From Phoronis australis (taxonomy: Eukaryota; Animalia; Phoronida), in contig NMRA01000332.1 in the NCBI GenBank assembly GCA_002633005.1, positions 313,392 to 377,391 of the forward strand: a stretch of 64,000 nucleotides of DNA. The letters run 5' to 3'. Shown piece by piece: positions 25,286-38,533 of this stretch. A program made the position numbers and the translations under genes. Every line of letters starts with the position of its first letter. Positions within the stretch are counted from its first letter, which is position 1. The notes under the pieces are model-generated. The model searched no databases. It worked only from the letters and a program-made list of their open reading frames with translations, and was not told the origin of the DNA.

Positions 25286-27485
25286 AATCAGCTGATCATA
25301 TCCGCATGAGCGAAGCCAATTATCCTCGCGCGTGACGCGATGACTAGTGCAGCTTGGCGGCATCCCTTTGATCGTAAGCCGAGCGCGACTCAGCCAAGGT
25401 GGATAAATACGTTCTAGTTCAATTTTCCATACCCCACCGTTTACCTTAACCACCGGGGTTAAGAACCAATCTTATTTAGTGGGAATGTTCATAGCATGGA
25501 TTAAGGAACTTCCGGTAGGAATTGCTCATCTCACCTTATTCGCTAACAAGTCTGTATCACACTTTTTATGGTATTCTCAAATATTGAAACATGATAAAGT
25601 TACTTAATTGCTGTTAATTGTCGTTATATGATGGTACCCAGTAGGTCACATTTTGCTAAGTTCGCGCGTAGGCAGTAGGCGATACTCAGTTACTCAAATT
25701 CACATACCCATCTACTACAAAGTCTGAGTATTCAGCTTTGTGACATACCGAGGCAATCACGAAAATGTACATAATTTATTATGTACCGAGCAAGTGGATA
25801 GCTGTGTATAATAAATGACGCTATAGTTATGTTTCAGTCAAAAGTTTCTTAAAGTTTAGAGAAACATTACACAATAAAATCCCACTGGTTTTCCAGAGCA
25901 TGCACTGTACATAAACTATAAAAACTTTCCTGCAAATGGTAACTGTCCACATATTTTGCACAAAACCAACTTTCCTTTGGAATGGCTGTTTGTCTTTTTG
26001 CAAGTATATGGGAACTTTAGAATACGATTTATGACATCTACAATTACAAGAGCTTGTTTGTATAATGTTTTTAATCATTACTTTTTAACCAATTTAACAA
26101 AACAGAATTTTACTTGTCTACCATACTGTGTGCTATTAATAAGTGAAAAATTCCCACAATTCTTGTCACCAATAACGTTTCCATCTTTCATTATCTCTTG
26201 ATCTTCGATAGAGCATTTGCATTTTCTATTTTGAGTTCACACCTTGTGTTTTTTCTACACTCAATAAATTATAAATATGAGTTTTTCATTCAGGGCTTGG
26301 AGTGAGCCATGACAAAAAGGGGGGAAATTTTCAATGCCCCCAAATACACATTGCAATCTAAACAACCATACCTCAACAGATCGAAAGTAAACATTATTAT
26401 CACAGGATGTGACTGTGTCGTGTTAGCAAAACGCACTCATCTTTACGGTACAGTACTTGACATCTATTTCAGCAACAATAATACAGACACAAGGTGTAGC
26501 TCATAATGTCAACATGTATTATGCATTTATGCATTAGTTGTCTACAAAATCACACCTTATACAACTGATAGAGATGTTCTTTCAACTACGACTGACAAAG
26601 TTTTTTTACTTACAAGCTGACCTAAACTTCAAAACATAGTACAATAACATCATTACTTCCAAGAAGTAGACGATACTCAGCAAACAATCAGGTAATGTAC
26701 ACTAGATGTCATCACATCACTTAGCATACAACTAGGACTGACAAATTGTTTTAACTTAATAAAAGTTTCAAAACTTAATAACAACACACATCGTACTTGC
26801 CAGTGTCAAGCCAATGAATGCATACTTACAAGATGTAGATCATAACGTACACAATTTTGAAATATACACTTTACTAGATCAAGTAACTTTGGTGCAGCTG
26901 ACAGTTGCAAGGAATTCTTAGCAATGAAGGCAATTAGATGCAACAAAAGATATTTTTTGAAATTAAAACAATAAAGAAAATGATGCAATATTTGCATTGT
27001 GACAGAAGCTCATTCTTCATTTGCTGAAGAGGGAGCTATAAAATTATTTTCAGTTCTTATAATTACGATACAAAACTATAAAAAAATTGAAAACCGATCC
27101 AGAGATTATATGGAAAGCCTGAAATACATACATATTTAATTCCAACAAAAAATTAAATTCAACGCAAATGGTAAAAAGTCAACACCAAAACCTGTGGCTC
27201 ATACCCCAATTGTTAGCATGAAAAAATAAAAGTAAAAAAACAACACACTTTTAAAAATAGAATACATCAGTCAAATCAGCTGATCATATCCGCATGAGCG
27301 AAGCCAATTATCCTCGCTCGTGACTCGATGCCTAGAGCAGCTTGCCGGCATCCCTTTGATCGTGAGCCGAGCGCGACTCAGCCAAGGTGGATAAATACGG
27401 TCTAGTTCAATTTTCCATACCCCACCCTTTACCTTAACCACTGGGGTTAGAACCAATCTTATTTAGTGGGAATGTTCATAGCATG
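25286..27485. repeat. Pair of ~212-bp direct repeats (25286-25498 and 27274-27485)
   Basis: Highly similar copies aatcagctgatcatatccgc...gttcatagcatg about 2 kb apart. Confidence 0.8.
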
Positions 27486-28386
27486 TAACTCATTATTCTG
27501 GATTGAGTTTACTAGGCAGTTAACACAACAAGATTACAGCGAAAACTCTTCACTTAGGACCAGTAATAAATTATACAAAGTTTGACCTGTACCAAAGTTT
27601 AGAAATAAGTAATATTGGCTGTCCAAAATTCAAGAATTACGATCAATCGATTGCATTTGATTTAGTCCAGAACAGAAGCACGAACTTTAAAATTTGTGCG
27701 TAAGTAAATAACAACATATCTATCCAACACTTCGGTTTATTACGATCAACAACAAACGATCAGTCACCTCCATGTTATACCCTACAGCTACTCATGAAAA
27801 TGCTGCTTCAAGGTCTCTTCTCGATAATTATATCAGCCATCAAGTTATAATATTTTCAGGCTCTATTGACTAGTGCAATGTCGGATATTTCCGAATTAAG
27901 ATGAATGACAAAATCGTTAGTCCCAATCAACAGAATCAAGAAAAATCAATTTCAGTGTGATTTTCGGTGCGCAAAATTTTAGAGACATCCCCAACTAACT
28001 GGAGAACATACAGCAGACTTTCACACCAAACATTTTTGAAAACTCACTTTCCATTCACAGTTCCAATTATCTCAAAGCTTTCATTGCTTTATGAGCTAAG
28101 CACGCCAGGTGTGCGTGCCGCAAAAAAAATCTTTCTCTCTGTTGGTCTTGATCCAGAAGTTTCGCATAGACCCGACCACGCCAGATAAATAACCCTTCTA
28201 ATCTCTCTCTCTCAACAGCAGAGGTATTCTTAAAAAATAATTGCAAGTGTACTGGTAAACCTTGAACCACACATGTGCAGGCTGGTCAGGTAGGCCCATT
28301 TCACTGATTACCTTAAACCTTTCTTATGCTTTATCAATATATAGTTAAAAACGGAGCTGAGGAGCTGGGGACCTAAGGGTCTAGCA

Positions 28387-28464
28387 AAGTGCCCCAGTGG
28401 GACTTGAACCTCGGCCACCTTGAGTAAAGGCAGCTCACACTAATCCCACTAAACCATACTGAGA
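28387..28464 (-). repeat. tRNA-derived (SINE-head-like) segment
   Basis: Minus strand has A box tggtttagtgg and B box ggttcaagtcc; the cloverleaf is imperfect. Confidence 0.5.
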
Positions 28465-28851
28465 TTTTTTTTTCACGAACATAATTTCTCAAAAGATGGA
28501 CAAACTTCATCTTGCACCATAATTCTTTCCCCACAAACATGTATTATGTGAATACGTCAATCTATATATTACAACCATACAAAGATCATGCAACACAGAA
28601 AAGACCCGTGGTTCAAAAGAAAAATGAGAGTCAAACTTTGGAGCCCGAGAGAAGAAATGTGGGTCACAAGAAAAAATAATGAGATGACGAACTTTTGTTG
28701 TGAGTCACAATATACAGAACTCATCATTTTGGAAAAAATAACTTTGGAAATACCTTCTTTAAATACATTAATTTTCTTATTAATATTAAGGAGTGGTTAT
28801 TTGAAGCTTGAATGTAAAAACAGTGTTAAAGAATTTTGAAATGCACGGCCC

Positions 28852-28972
28852 TTAGTTCTAATACACACTGCAATAGATGTAGTTAGTTCTAATACACACT
28901 CCAATAGACCAAGTTAGGTCTAATACACACTGCAATAGACCCAGTTATGTCTAATACACACTGCAATAGATG
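28852..28972. repeat. Minisatellite, ~31-bp unit x4 (ttagttctaatacacactgcaatagat)
   Basis: Direct reading. Confidence 0.8.
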
Positions 28973-31045
28973 TGAACAGGCCCCTCAGCAGGGCCCGTTG
29001 CACCACACATCTAACAAAGTCTGGTATTAATCAAACATGAAATAACAAAATGTTGGCATTTTTAAAAGAAAAGATATATTCATTTCAAAGATGCTTACTC
29101 CAACTTTTTTATAAAAACTTCCATTTTTTAGAAAATGGGGAAATTGCATAACATGCAAGAAAACCTGTTTCTGTTGATCTGCCACAGGCCCTGTTTATAT
29201 CTGTCAGATAATGCATTGTGCTTGGAATAAAGTAATTTATCCATTTTTGTGCCACTAGTAAACATTTGAACTTCATTATTTCTCATGTACGAAATGCACT
29301 TATGATGCAACTTACCCACATGTATAACACCACTATAGCTGTAGGCTAACACCTATTATATATCTACTTTTAAATAGTAAATTTTTATTATTGAAAAATG
29401 GCGTATCCTGTTTACTGACTTGTGACCTGAGAGTATGTCATAACCTGGGAGTAATATAGTATTATAGTCCAAGGTCATAACCTTTAATACAAACATTCAC
29501 CTCACATTTATTACCTGTATCAGCACACACAATGTAGTACTGGATGATTGATGTTGTCTACGGTAAAGCTCAGGTGAGCAACATTTTCAAGTGAATGTGT
29601 CAGTTTACCTATAGCTAACAACCTGCACTAAATCAAAGAACCCAACCTTATCACCCATTGCCTATTTATGTCTTATCTAATAGGGCATTGTGCCAGCAAT
29701 TGTTCATAAAGGGCAACAATTGCTTTCAAAAGAGCCCTTACCTTTTGGTAAATTTAGTTGCTGTTAATTCCCAGGACTCCAATTTTTGTCTTAGGCCAAA
29801 AACATACTTGGTTCTGGTCTGTTTTCCCGGGAGTTGGGTTGTTGGTAGTATTTAATTTTTTCAGTTGCTCACTTTTTCAAAAGAAGTGGGATTTGTTTCT
29901 TTTTTCTTTGCACTGGTCAGTTAGCACTCATGGTGTTTCAAACCTTGCAAAGGTATCATTGTACAGCTTTTCAAAATAAAAGCAAACATATCAGACACTT
30001 ATGCTGAAATTGATACAGGTGGGCATTTCCTTTGAGTCAGAGAGCACAGGTTTCAAAATGAGCCAGGATTATAAGAGAACCAACTACGATTTTTGGCCTT
30101 ATCTCTAAACTGAAAAAAAAACGTATCCTAGAACTTTGTTTTCCAGTTTGGCGATAAGACTACTATGCTCTGCAAGACTGTTTAGGCTGTTTTAAGTTAA
30201 ATATTGTTAGTTCACAGAGCATGTAACCTTATCTCAGAACTCAAAAATACAACTTTGATACAGTGGAGTCTGGAGATAAGGTTAGATGTAGACGAAGGTG
30301 TGTGCCTTTGTTCTGAGTGCAGTCTGCACTAAGCAGATGAGAAATATCCTATACTTGATGAGCCCAAAAATAAAGGTACATTAGTTTCCAAAATAATTTG
30401 ACAGAACACTGACAGATGTGCTAAACTTGGATAAACATCTTGCCAGAAATTATTTGGCAGTTTAGTTGGAACTTGTGTCCTGGGAGTAAAATAGTGTTTC
30501 CATGAAACTTTTGTTGGACGTTAATGTGACATTTGTAGCGCATTTATCTGTGTAAAAATGTATTGTTGAGATACACCTAGAATTGATAGAGATATAAGCA
30601 GAAAATAAATAGATATTAAGACGCGGTTTTGAGTGCCAAAACTGCTGAATGAACTTCCAGTGTTGTTCAGTTTACTTTGAAAACTACCGTACAAGTTTGA
30701 CCTTGAATCTTGGGGGTCATTATGACCAAAATAGGAGTTATGTAGGACTAGGTTCACATGTGAAAATCTAACAAACACCAGTACAAAATCGTCTTTAGTT
30801 TGTGAAACACCACAAATAATTAAGCATACCAGTTTGGGTTACATGTAGGAGATTAGATTGGGGACATGACTCATGTCTTGGCATTTTCTGAATAAGTAAA
30901 TAACTGGCTTCATGAGCAATTCATACTTGATAGCTTTGTGAACAAACTAAAAAATATTTTGTTCAACAAAATACCAGAACTGAAGGGCCCGGAGTGTTTG
31001 CTCAGTTACAGCCCACTGGGTCCCATTCTAAGAAAACTGACTTAA

Positions 31046-32703
31046 AGGCGAATGCCACCAGATTTAATTAGTCTTTTTTACCATCTTAATCGGTCTATAT
31101 CTACATCGCCTCTTATACAGTAGACCTCACCTTGCGGAGAGGTGTCGTGTTAACCTGTGAGGAAGGTGAGAAACGACGCAGCGACGTCAGTGGTTCGTCT
31201 GCAGAGTGAATGCCGCTATATTGCGGTGCATCGTGCCCGCTTGTCCGAACTATATGAAGCTGCGAAGAAAGCGGGTATGTCGTTTTTTCGACTTCCTCGA
31301 GAGCCTGAAATGCTTAGGAAGTGGCTCGTGGTAGTGAAGAATGAAAGGTACGCTGTTAATAGCAAGTATGAGGCCGTGAAACATCTCCGTGTCTGTGGCC
31401 GGCATTTCGTTGACAATGATTTCTCTGACGAATTACGGCTTACCAAAGAACTATCCATCCGTTCCGTAGCCTGTGCATCAGTGTTCACGGTGCCTCGTCT
31501 CTCTTGATCAGTGTATTCCGGTTCGAACTGATATTCTGTGGAACCTAACGATCCTACCCGTGAAGTCTTCGTCGGATGAGCTCTTGACTAAGTCGGGATT
31601 GGCGTCGGGCGAGTTGCCACGTACACGTTTATTATTCTGTGTTCTGTTTCAAAATGAATTATTCTCATCCTAACCAATGCTTACATAAAACCGAAACAAA
31701 GTCTGTCTTATTAGATACAATTTGTAATGTCTTGGAGTGCTCATGAGTGCAAATGTTTTGGGAAGCCAGCAATGAATAAGCCACTGCCTAAATACCGGCT
31801 TTTGATGCTGGCAACAAAGGTAATTGGGGCACCGAGCGCATGCTAATTCAGTGTTGGCTGACAGAAAGCTGTTGTGAAACAATTACTTGATTTTATATGA
31901 TATGGTCACATGTTAGGGGAATCATTATTTAGAAATACAAATAGATCATTCAAATCATTGTTACTGTACAACCTTTGCCCTGACGGACTGTGGAAGTGGA
32001 ACCCGACTTCGCGGCCCCCCACAAGTAAGTAGATTTTCAGTTTCGTGGCTAATTCATATAAATAATTACGTACACATTATTCCTCCGGCTCACTATTATA
32101 GTCTTTTTGTGACTGGAGGTTTAGTTTCCAACTCAAGCTGGTTTATGTTCGTGCCAGTCCCGGCGGCCGTAACGGGCCTCATCCGGGTCTGAGCCACTGG
32201 CCGGGATAACAAGCGTTTTGCGTGTTTAGAACTAAAAAATCACAAGTATTAACAATACAGATCTAGGTTTTCTTGTCTGTATTCCACAGAAGAATATTTG
32301 AATTTATCTCCGAACAGACCCCAAACTCCCGGCTGCTACGGGCCTTGGTAAATTGGTCTGCCGAACTTTGTAGGCTATGGCGTGTCCAAATACCAGTAAA
32401 TGCGTAACAGCGAAATGAAACAACACGTTTTTATAAGAACTCGGTGTATTTTAAGGATTTTACATCGAAGTTTGATGATTTATTGGTGTTAAACGATGAA
32501 TACAGGCAATAAGCCGACACCACTAACCCATGTTTTGAACTGCTGAATGAGACTGCGTGTGAAACCAATTACGTCATTGGATAATTTCAACACCTCCGTC
32601 TGCCGTCAGGTGTCAGGTAGCGCAACCGAACGTGTCGTTTTCGAGTAGAACTACTCGATCTAAATTGATACAAAATAGGTTGTTTTTTGAGTGGCATTCT
32701 CCT
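31046..32703 (+). mobile_element. Kolobok-like DNA transposon deletion derivative
   Basis: TTAA duplication, TIR aggcgaatgccac...gtggcattctcct, THAP relic near the left end. It is itself inserted in a small inverted-repeat element (about 31017-32767). Confidence 0.8.
31210..31507 (+). pseudogene. Frameshifted THAP (C2CH) zinc-finger domain
   Basis: Pieces CIVPACPN / SFFRLPREPEMLRKWL / RVCGRHF / ASVF lie across different frames. Confidence 0.8.
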
Positions 32704-33690
32704 TTAATTTCAGCCAATCTTAAGGTAAAACTTAAATTTGACTCAAGTCCGTTTCAAGAAAGGGACCTTAAGTTTGACTTAAGTTTTTGACTTAAGTTTT
32801 GTGTTTTAATGTGACTGACTTACCAGATGTGGAAGTTTCAGTGTTAGGAAGTTGAGACAAATTTAAGTAAAAAATGACTCAAGTCCGTTTCTTGGAACGT
32901 GGCGTGGACTTTTCCTCAAAATGATGCACCTTTCTTTCATCAAACTTGAAATAGTCTTTGTTATTCAACTTTTCAAATCATAACTAGCGTTTTACATTGG
33001 AAGTACACCTTAGTTGGGGTTTCTTTTTTAGGCCCCAGTGCTTGTAATAGCCTGCTACTTATGTCCCTTAAAGGAACTACAAATCCTGATTCGCATTAGC
33101 TAACTTTTGATTTCAGTTTTTGCTTCACACTGAGTGCTCCCCTGTTCAAAGGGGCTGGATTATTTGGGAGATTGGGATTATTCAGATAAGCACTCTATCC
33201 TGTGGTTAGGTGTACAAGCCTAAGTCAACCTCTTGTTACAGCTCAGCAAGCCTGAAGCGAAAACACTGGGAGTACCCAATGGAGGAGCAGTTATAAGGTG
33301 CTTTCTCATCAGGGGAACTTTGGTTAACTGAATAATTCGCATAACCTTCGCTTACCTTTGTGAATCTGCAAAGATATCGTAGTTAGCGAAATCAAAATTA
33401 TCACTAGATGGCGATGCGACCTCTACCCATATCTTTGCCGAAACTTTGCTCTGAGCTTTTCCACTACACTGAAGTTTCGGTGAGTACTGAAGCTTCACTT
33501 TTGAATGTTACTATTTTCAGCAAAGTTTCGCTTGAACATTACCGGAGATTATACCTTTCCCACTGACCTAAGTTTGCCTGTAGTGGAAAGGTATGGATTA
33601 CGTTTACTGATATTTGTCATTCAGTTAGATTGAAAAGGTTAACTTTTAACGAAAGATTCATTACTTTATAACAAAACTGTTTCATATTTA

Positions 33691-34775
33691 AACAAGAGCA
33701 ACGCAGAGCGTTGAAATGCGCCCACAATTGCACCGCATACGGTATCCTTCTAGGGTTGTTTATTGGTACCATAAAGTGGCCAGTAGAGGGCATATATGTA
33801 GTATGTTGTACTTTGCAAAATGGAAAGGCATGGTCCTTGTCTCCTCAACAGACTAGGGGCAAAATGTGAGTAATCTTCATAATACAAGCACAATCTATAC
33901 ACCAGTTGCTTAAAGCACCACAGAAACATAGAATTAAAAACAAATTTACCAACATTCGAGATTAGCACAGCATTAGAATGCCAGAAACAAATTTCTACTT
34001 GGAACTTTTCCTTCATAGTCACGAAGTAACACAAAGCACACACCTGAAGAAAATACAGAGGTCAATGTAAAATACTAAAATTGCCCCTAGAGGCAAATAC
34101 TAAAATTGCCACTAGAGGAATACCGGTAGTCAGAATCATCCTAAAGTCGTCATCGTCCGTTGTCAACATCACATAAATACACTTGCTAAATTTAGTAAAG
34201 ATCCTGCAAACGGTTTGGGAGATACAGCCATGGGCGCAAAAAAAAACAAAACTACCACTAGGCGGGGCCACAGTAGTCCAAATCATCTGAAAATCATTGT
34301 CAGCTGTCTTCCTTATAGTAAGCACATACACGCCAATTTTCACAATCATCCTTTGAGCAGTTTGGTTGATAGAGGGGTGGACGCAAAAATACAGACTCGA
34401 AAACCCTAAAAATGGCCACTAGGTGGCGCAAACTATGTCGAATCCATCTGAAAACGGCAGGATAGCGTCATCTCACTACTAGGTGCCTACATACCAAATT
34501 TCATGAAAATCCGTTCAGGACTTTTGAAGATACAAAGGTAAGCGTAAAAAAAAAAAATTGCCACTAGGGGGCACACCGGTAGTCGGATCCCTCCGAAAGT
34601 TCGACATGCAGTCCCATTCATGAATGGAACATATGTGCCAAATTTCATGAACGTATGTCAAAGGGTTTTGGAGATAGAGCAGCGGACACCGGACGCCAGA
34701 CGCCGGACGGACGCCGCCCGGACGGACGGACAGACGGACGGACGGACAGAGATGACGGCATAATGCGCCCACATA
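33691..34775 (+). mobile_element. HINE-like element, copy C (close relative of copy A)
   Basis: Near-identical to 3014-4187 including the captured internal segment; the second arm of the terminal hairpin is missing. Confidence 0.75.
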
Positions 34776-36229
34776 AAAAGTTATATAAGTTTCGACTATA
34801 TTGATATGAATTCGAATTAGTTTCACACTAAACGTACATCAAGAAAACTGCAAGTTTTAGGCAGCTATGTTACGGAAGGAGTGAATGTCATAATACAGCT
34901 AGTGAACATTTGTGGGTGGAAAAGTTGCCAAATCCAGTGTACTCAAAACTGGATTTGTGGCCCTTTTGCAATAAAAGCTACATCAAAATGTAGCATGCCC
35001 AACTGTGTAGATTTTTTTTCTTGTCCCTTATGACCATTCCCAAGAATCACAATCTGCTGAACCTAATTTTGCTAACATCATCATTTACCCACTTTTGTAA
35101 CACAAAATCCACTGATCAGGTTGAGAGGGGTAAATTACAAAGCAACTTTTAAGTCATGGTATAATTTAAAAACTTTTTATTGATGGATGCTTCAAAAAAC
35201 ATCATATGTACTTAAAGGGGAAAGCAACTGTTTTTCATCTGACCTTTAGATCTGGATTCTCTTGGAGACACATTTTCAGTGTTGAATTAGGTGTTACCTG
35301 GTGTAAAAGTACAATGTGACCAAGATGGCCCAGTGAAAGGTTCACATCTTGGCTCAGCATTTACCATACTTGCATTGACCACAGAAGAATGGAATGACAC
35401 AGACTCTATTCAGTGAGCCAGTAGGACATCTCCAAGATAACCACTTAGGGTCAGCAGTTTTTCTAAAGGGACCTCAAAGGGAGTCACCATGCATAGGTAC
35501 TTCATAAGCCTTCATTTAGGAATGGTTCAAGAAATCATAACACTACTTATTTATTGATTGATGTCTTCAGCAACTACACATCTACAAGGTGCCACGTAGT
35601 GACCAAGTTCATTCACCAATGCTTTCACAAGTCAGAATATCTACTTAATTAAACATTTCAGTTCATTGATTGATGCTTCCAGAAGTCACAACATGTACTT
35701 AATGAGTCTGTTCATTCAGTGATGTTTCCACTAGCCACAGTTTGTACTAGACAAGCCTGTCCAATTACATGGATGAAACCAGAGGTGCCATAACATAGTT
35801 TATCAAGGTTACCAGACTGCTTGGCTTACTGGTGGGTCACCTTCAATCACATTGGTATTGGTCAAATGGTTACTAGAGGGCAGACCACTGGTGCATGGAA
35901 AGAATCCATGACTCTCACTCATATCTGGACACAATAACTTCTTCCCCCATGTTAACCTACTGAAGCTCTTTAAAGTCCTTGAGCCCCACTGAAAGCTGAA
36001 TAGGCAAACATAAATGTGCGTGTTGAACATTCCTACACTACAATCAAAGCATTCAGACAAAATGACGCAGATTCTTCGTCGGAAAGGCTGGGTGGAATAG
36101 TCTTCCCTAATCAATCAAGAGCAGTAATAATAGGAAAGTGGATAAGGCATGCTGCAATTAGAATTTTGCTGTCCTAATACAGCACTATTACCAGTAATTT
36201 TTGGTGTTAACAGATTAAGACGCCATGAC

Positions 36230-36490
36230 AGGGAAAATGGTATTTGTTTACATTTGACTTTTACTGTAACTACAAGACCACCCAATGGTATTTGTATGTT
36301 TACATTCGTCTTGTACCGTAACTATGAGACCACCCAATGGTATTTGTTTGTTTACATTTGTCTTGTACTAGAACCGTACGAGACCACCCAGTGGTATTTG
36401 TTTGTTTACATTTGTCTTGTACGAGAGATCACCCAATGGTATTTGTTTGTTTACATGTGTCTAGTACCGTAACTACGAGGCCACCCAAAG
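36230..36490. repeat. Degenerate minisatellite, ~45-55-bp unit x5 (gagaccacccaatggtatttgtttgtttacatttgtcttgtac)
   Basis: Direct reading. Confidence 0.75.
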
Positions 36491-36998
36491 GCAAATGCTT
36501 GAAGGAACAAGAGAGCTTGTCATAGCTTTTGTAACAAACCTCCCATATGCACTACGTGTTAGAAAGACATTTCACTAAACAGCAATTCTCTTCCATGGGA
36601 AAAACTTGTGCCCATTTAGAGAGATAGCATCATCAGCAATCTGAAGTTGGGCCACACCTATGATTTTTTTAACGAAATTCTCAGGTTTTCAATAAAGTAC
36701 CGTCGTCCCAAACTGTAGGCGAAGATCCAGTTTCATGTTCACTTGTGTCAGTCTCGCAAACTACGGGTAAGTAAACAGGATGTAGAAACTGAAATTGGTC
36801 ACAGATTAATGGTATTTTACATTACAATGCTGTTGATCAAATGTCATTCGTTGACTAAGTGTCTATTCTATCTTAATGTCGTCGTTTCAGGTTACACAAA
36901 CTTCACGATTATCACACTTCATTGCCGAAGTGTTCTGAAAGCTGAAGTCTATTTCCGTTTATGGATTTACATTCCAAAACGGAAATAAATCAAAGGAT

Positions 36999-37596
36999 TA
37001 CGGTCATAACATAATTTTGAGTATGGTCATAACATAATTTTGAGTACGGTCATAACACAATTTTGAGTACGGTCATAACATAATTTTGAGTACGGTCATA
37101 ACATAATTTTGAGTACGGTCATAACACAATTTTGAGAACGGTCATAACACAATTTTGAGTACGGTCATAACATAATTTTGAGTACGGTCATAACATAATT
37201 TTGAGTACGGTCATAACATAATTTTGAGTACGGTCACAACATAATTTTGAGTATGGTCACAACATAATTTTGAGTACGATCACAACATAATTTTGAGTAT
37301 GATCACAACATAATTTTGAGTATGCTCAAAACATAATTTTGAGTATGGTCATAAAATAATTTTGAGTATGGTCATAATATAATTTTGAGTACGGTCATAA
37401 CATAATTTTGAGTATGGTCATAAAACAATTTTGAGTATGGTCATAATATAATTTTGAGTACGGTCATAACATAATTTTGAGTATGGTCATAAAATAATTT
37501 TGAGTATGGTCATAATATAATTTTGAGTATGGTCATAACATAATTTTGAGTACGGTCATAACATAATTTTGAGTATGGTCATAAACATAATTTTGA
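36999..37596. repeat. Minisatellite, 23-bp unit (tacggtcataacataattttgag), about 26 copies
   Basis: Head-to-tail copies without spacers. Confidence 0.95.
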
Positions 37597-38533
37597 TGTT
37601 ATTACAGATTAACATCCCTACTCCTACTGTCTACAGAAAAATCTAAAAATGTCAGTTTAAGTATTTCCAGTTACTGAGCTGGGGGGTGGGGGTGGAAAGA
37701 CAAGGTTATCCTAACTCACACTGCATTACATCTAGTTATTGACAATGGTGTGTCTGATTCTTTTACCTTAAAAGAAGTTTTTGTAACAGTTAGGATTGAA
37801 AATGACTTCTATGTCACTGCGTACGAAGAGAGCGGCAGACGAATTTGTGTAGATCTGAAGCTTATAGCGCATCGTCTGAGAATACTCAAGCTGAAGTAGA
37901 AGAAATGCTGTGGTATTGATCTCCCATTTGAAAAAAGCTCACTCCAGAAAAAAGGAGACATAACTAACTTAATAAGAGCAATGCGAAGTGTTGAAATGGT
38001 CCCACGAATGCACCATAGACGGTGTGCTTCTAGGGTTGTTTATTTGCATCATAAACACGGTCACTAGATGGCGCAAAAATGTTGAATCCATCCAAAAACG
38101 AGAACATGCCATAGCTTCCTTAATAAAAATCTGTCAGGAACTTCAGAGAAACAAAGGAAAACGGACAAAAATGCAATTGCCACTGGATCTGCCTGAAAGT
38201 CGTTGCCGTCTGTTGTTAGCTTCATATAAATGCACTTCCTAAATTTAATAAAGATCTTGCAGTTGTTTTAGGTGATACAGCTAATTATTGCTACGGGCGC
38301 AAAACTGCCACTAGGAGGTGCCACAGTAGTCAAAGTTGTCACAAATTGTCGTCTGCTATCCTCTTCATAGCAAAAACATACAGGCCAATTTTCACAATCA
38401 TCCTTAGAGCTGTTTGGTTGATAGAGAAGCGGACGCCAAAAAAACAAACTCGAAAACAGTAAGAATGGCTACTAGGTGACGCAAAATACGTCAAATGAAT
38501 CCGAAAACGCTTGGATACATCATCTCACAAATA

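Noticed and set aside
36999-37596. 23-bp repeat array as a CRISPR array
   Set aside because: Units are contiguous with no unique spacers; eukaryotic context with no cas genes. It is a minisatellite.
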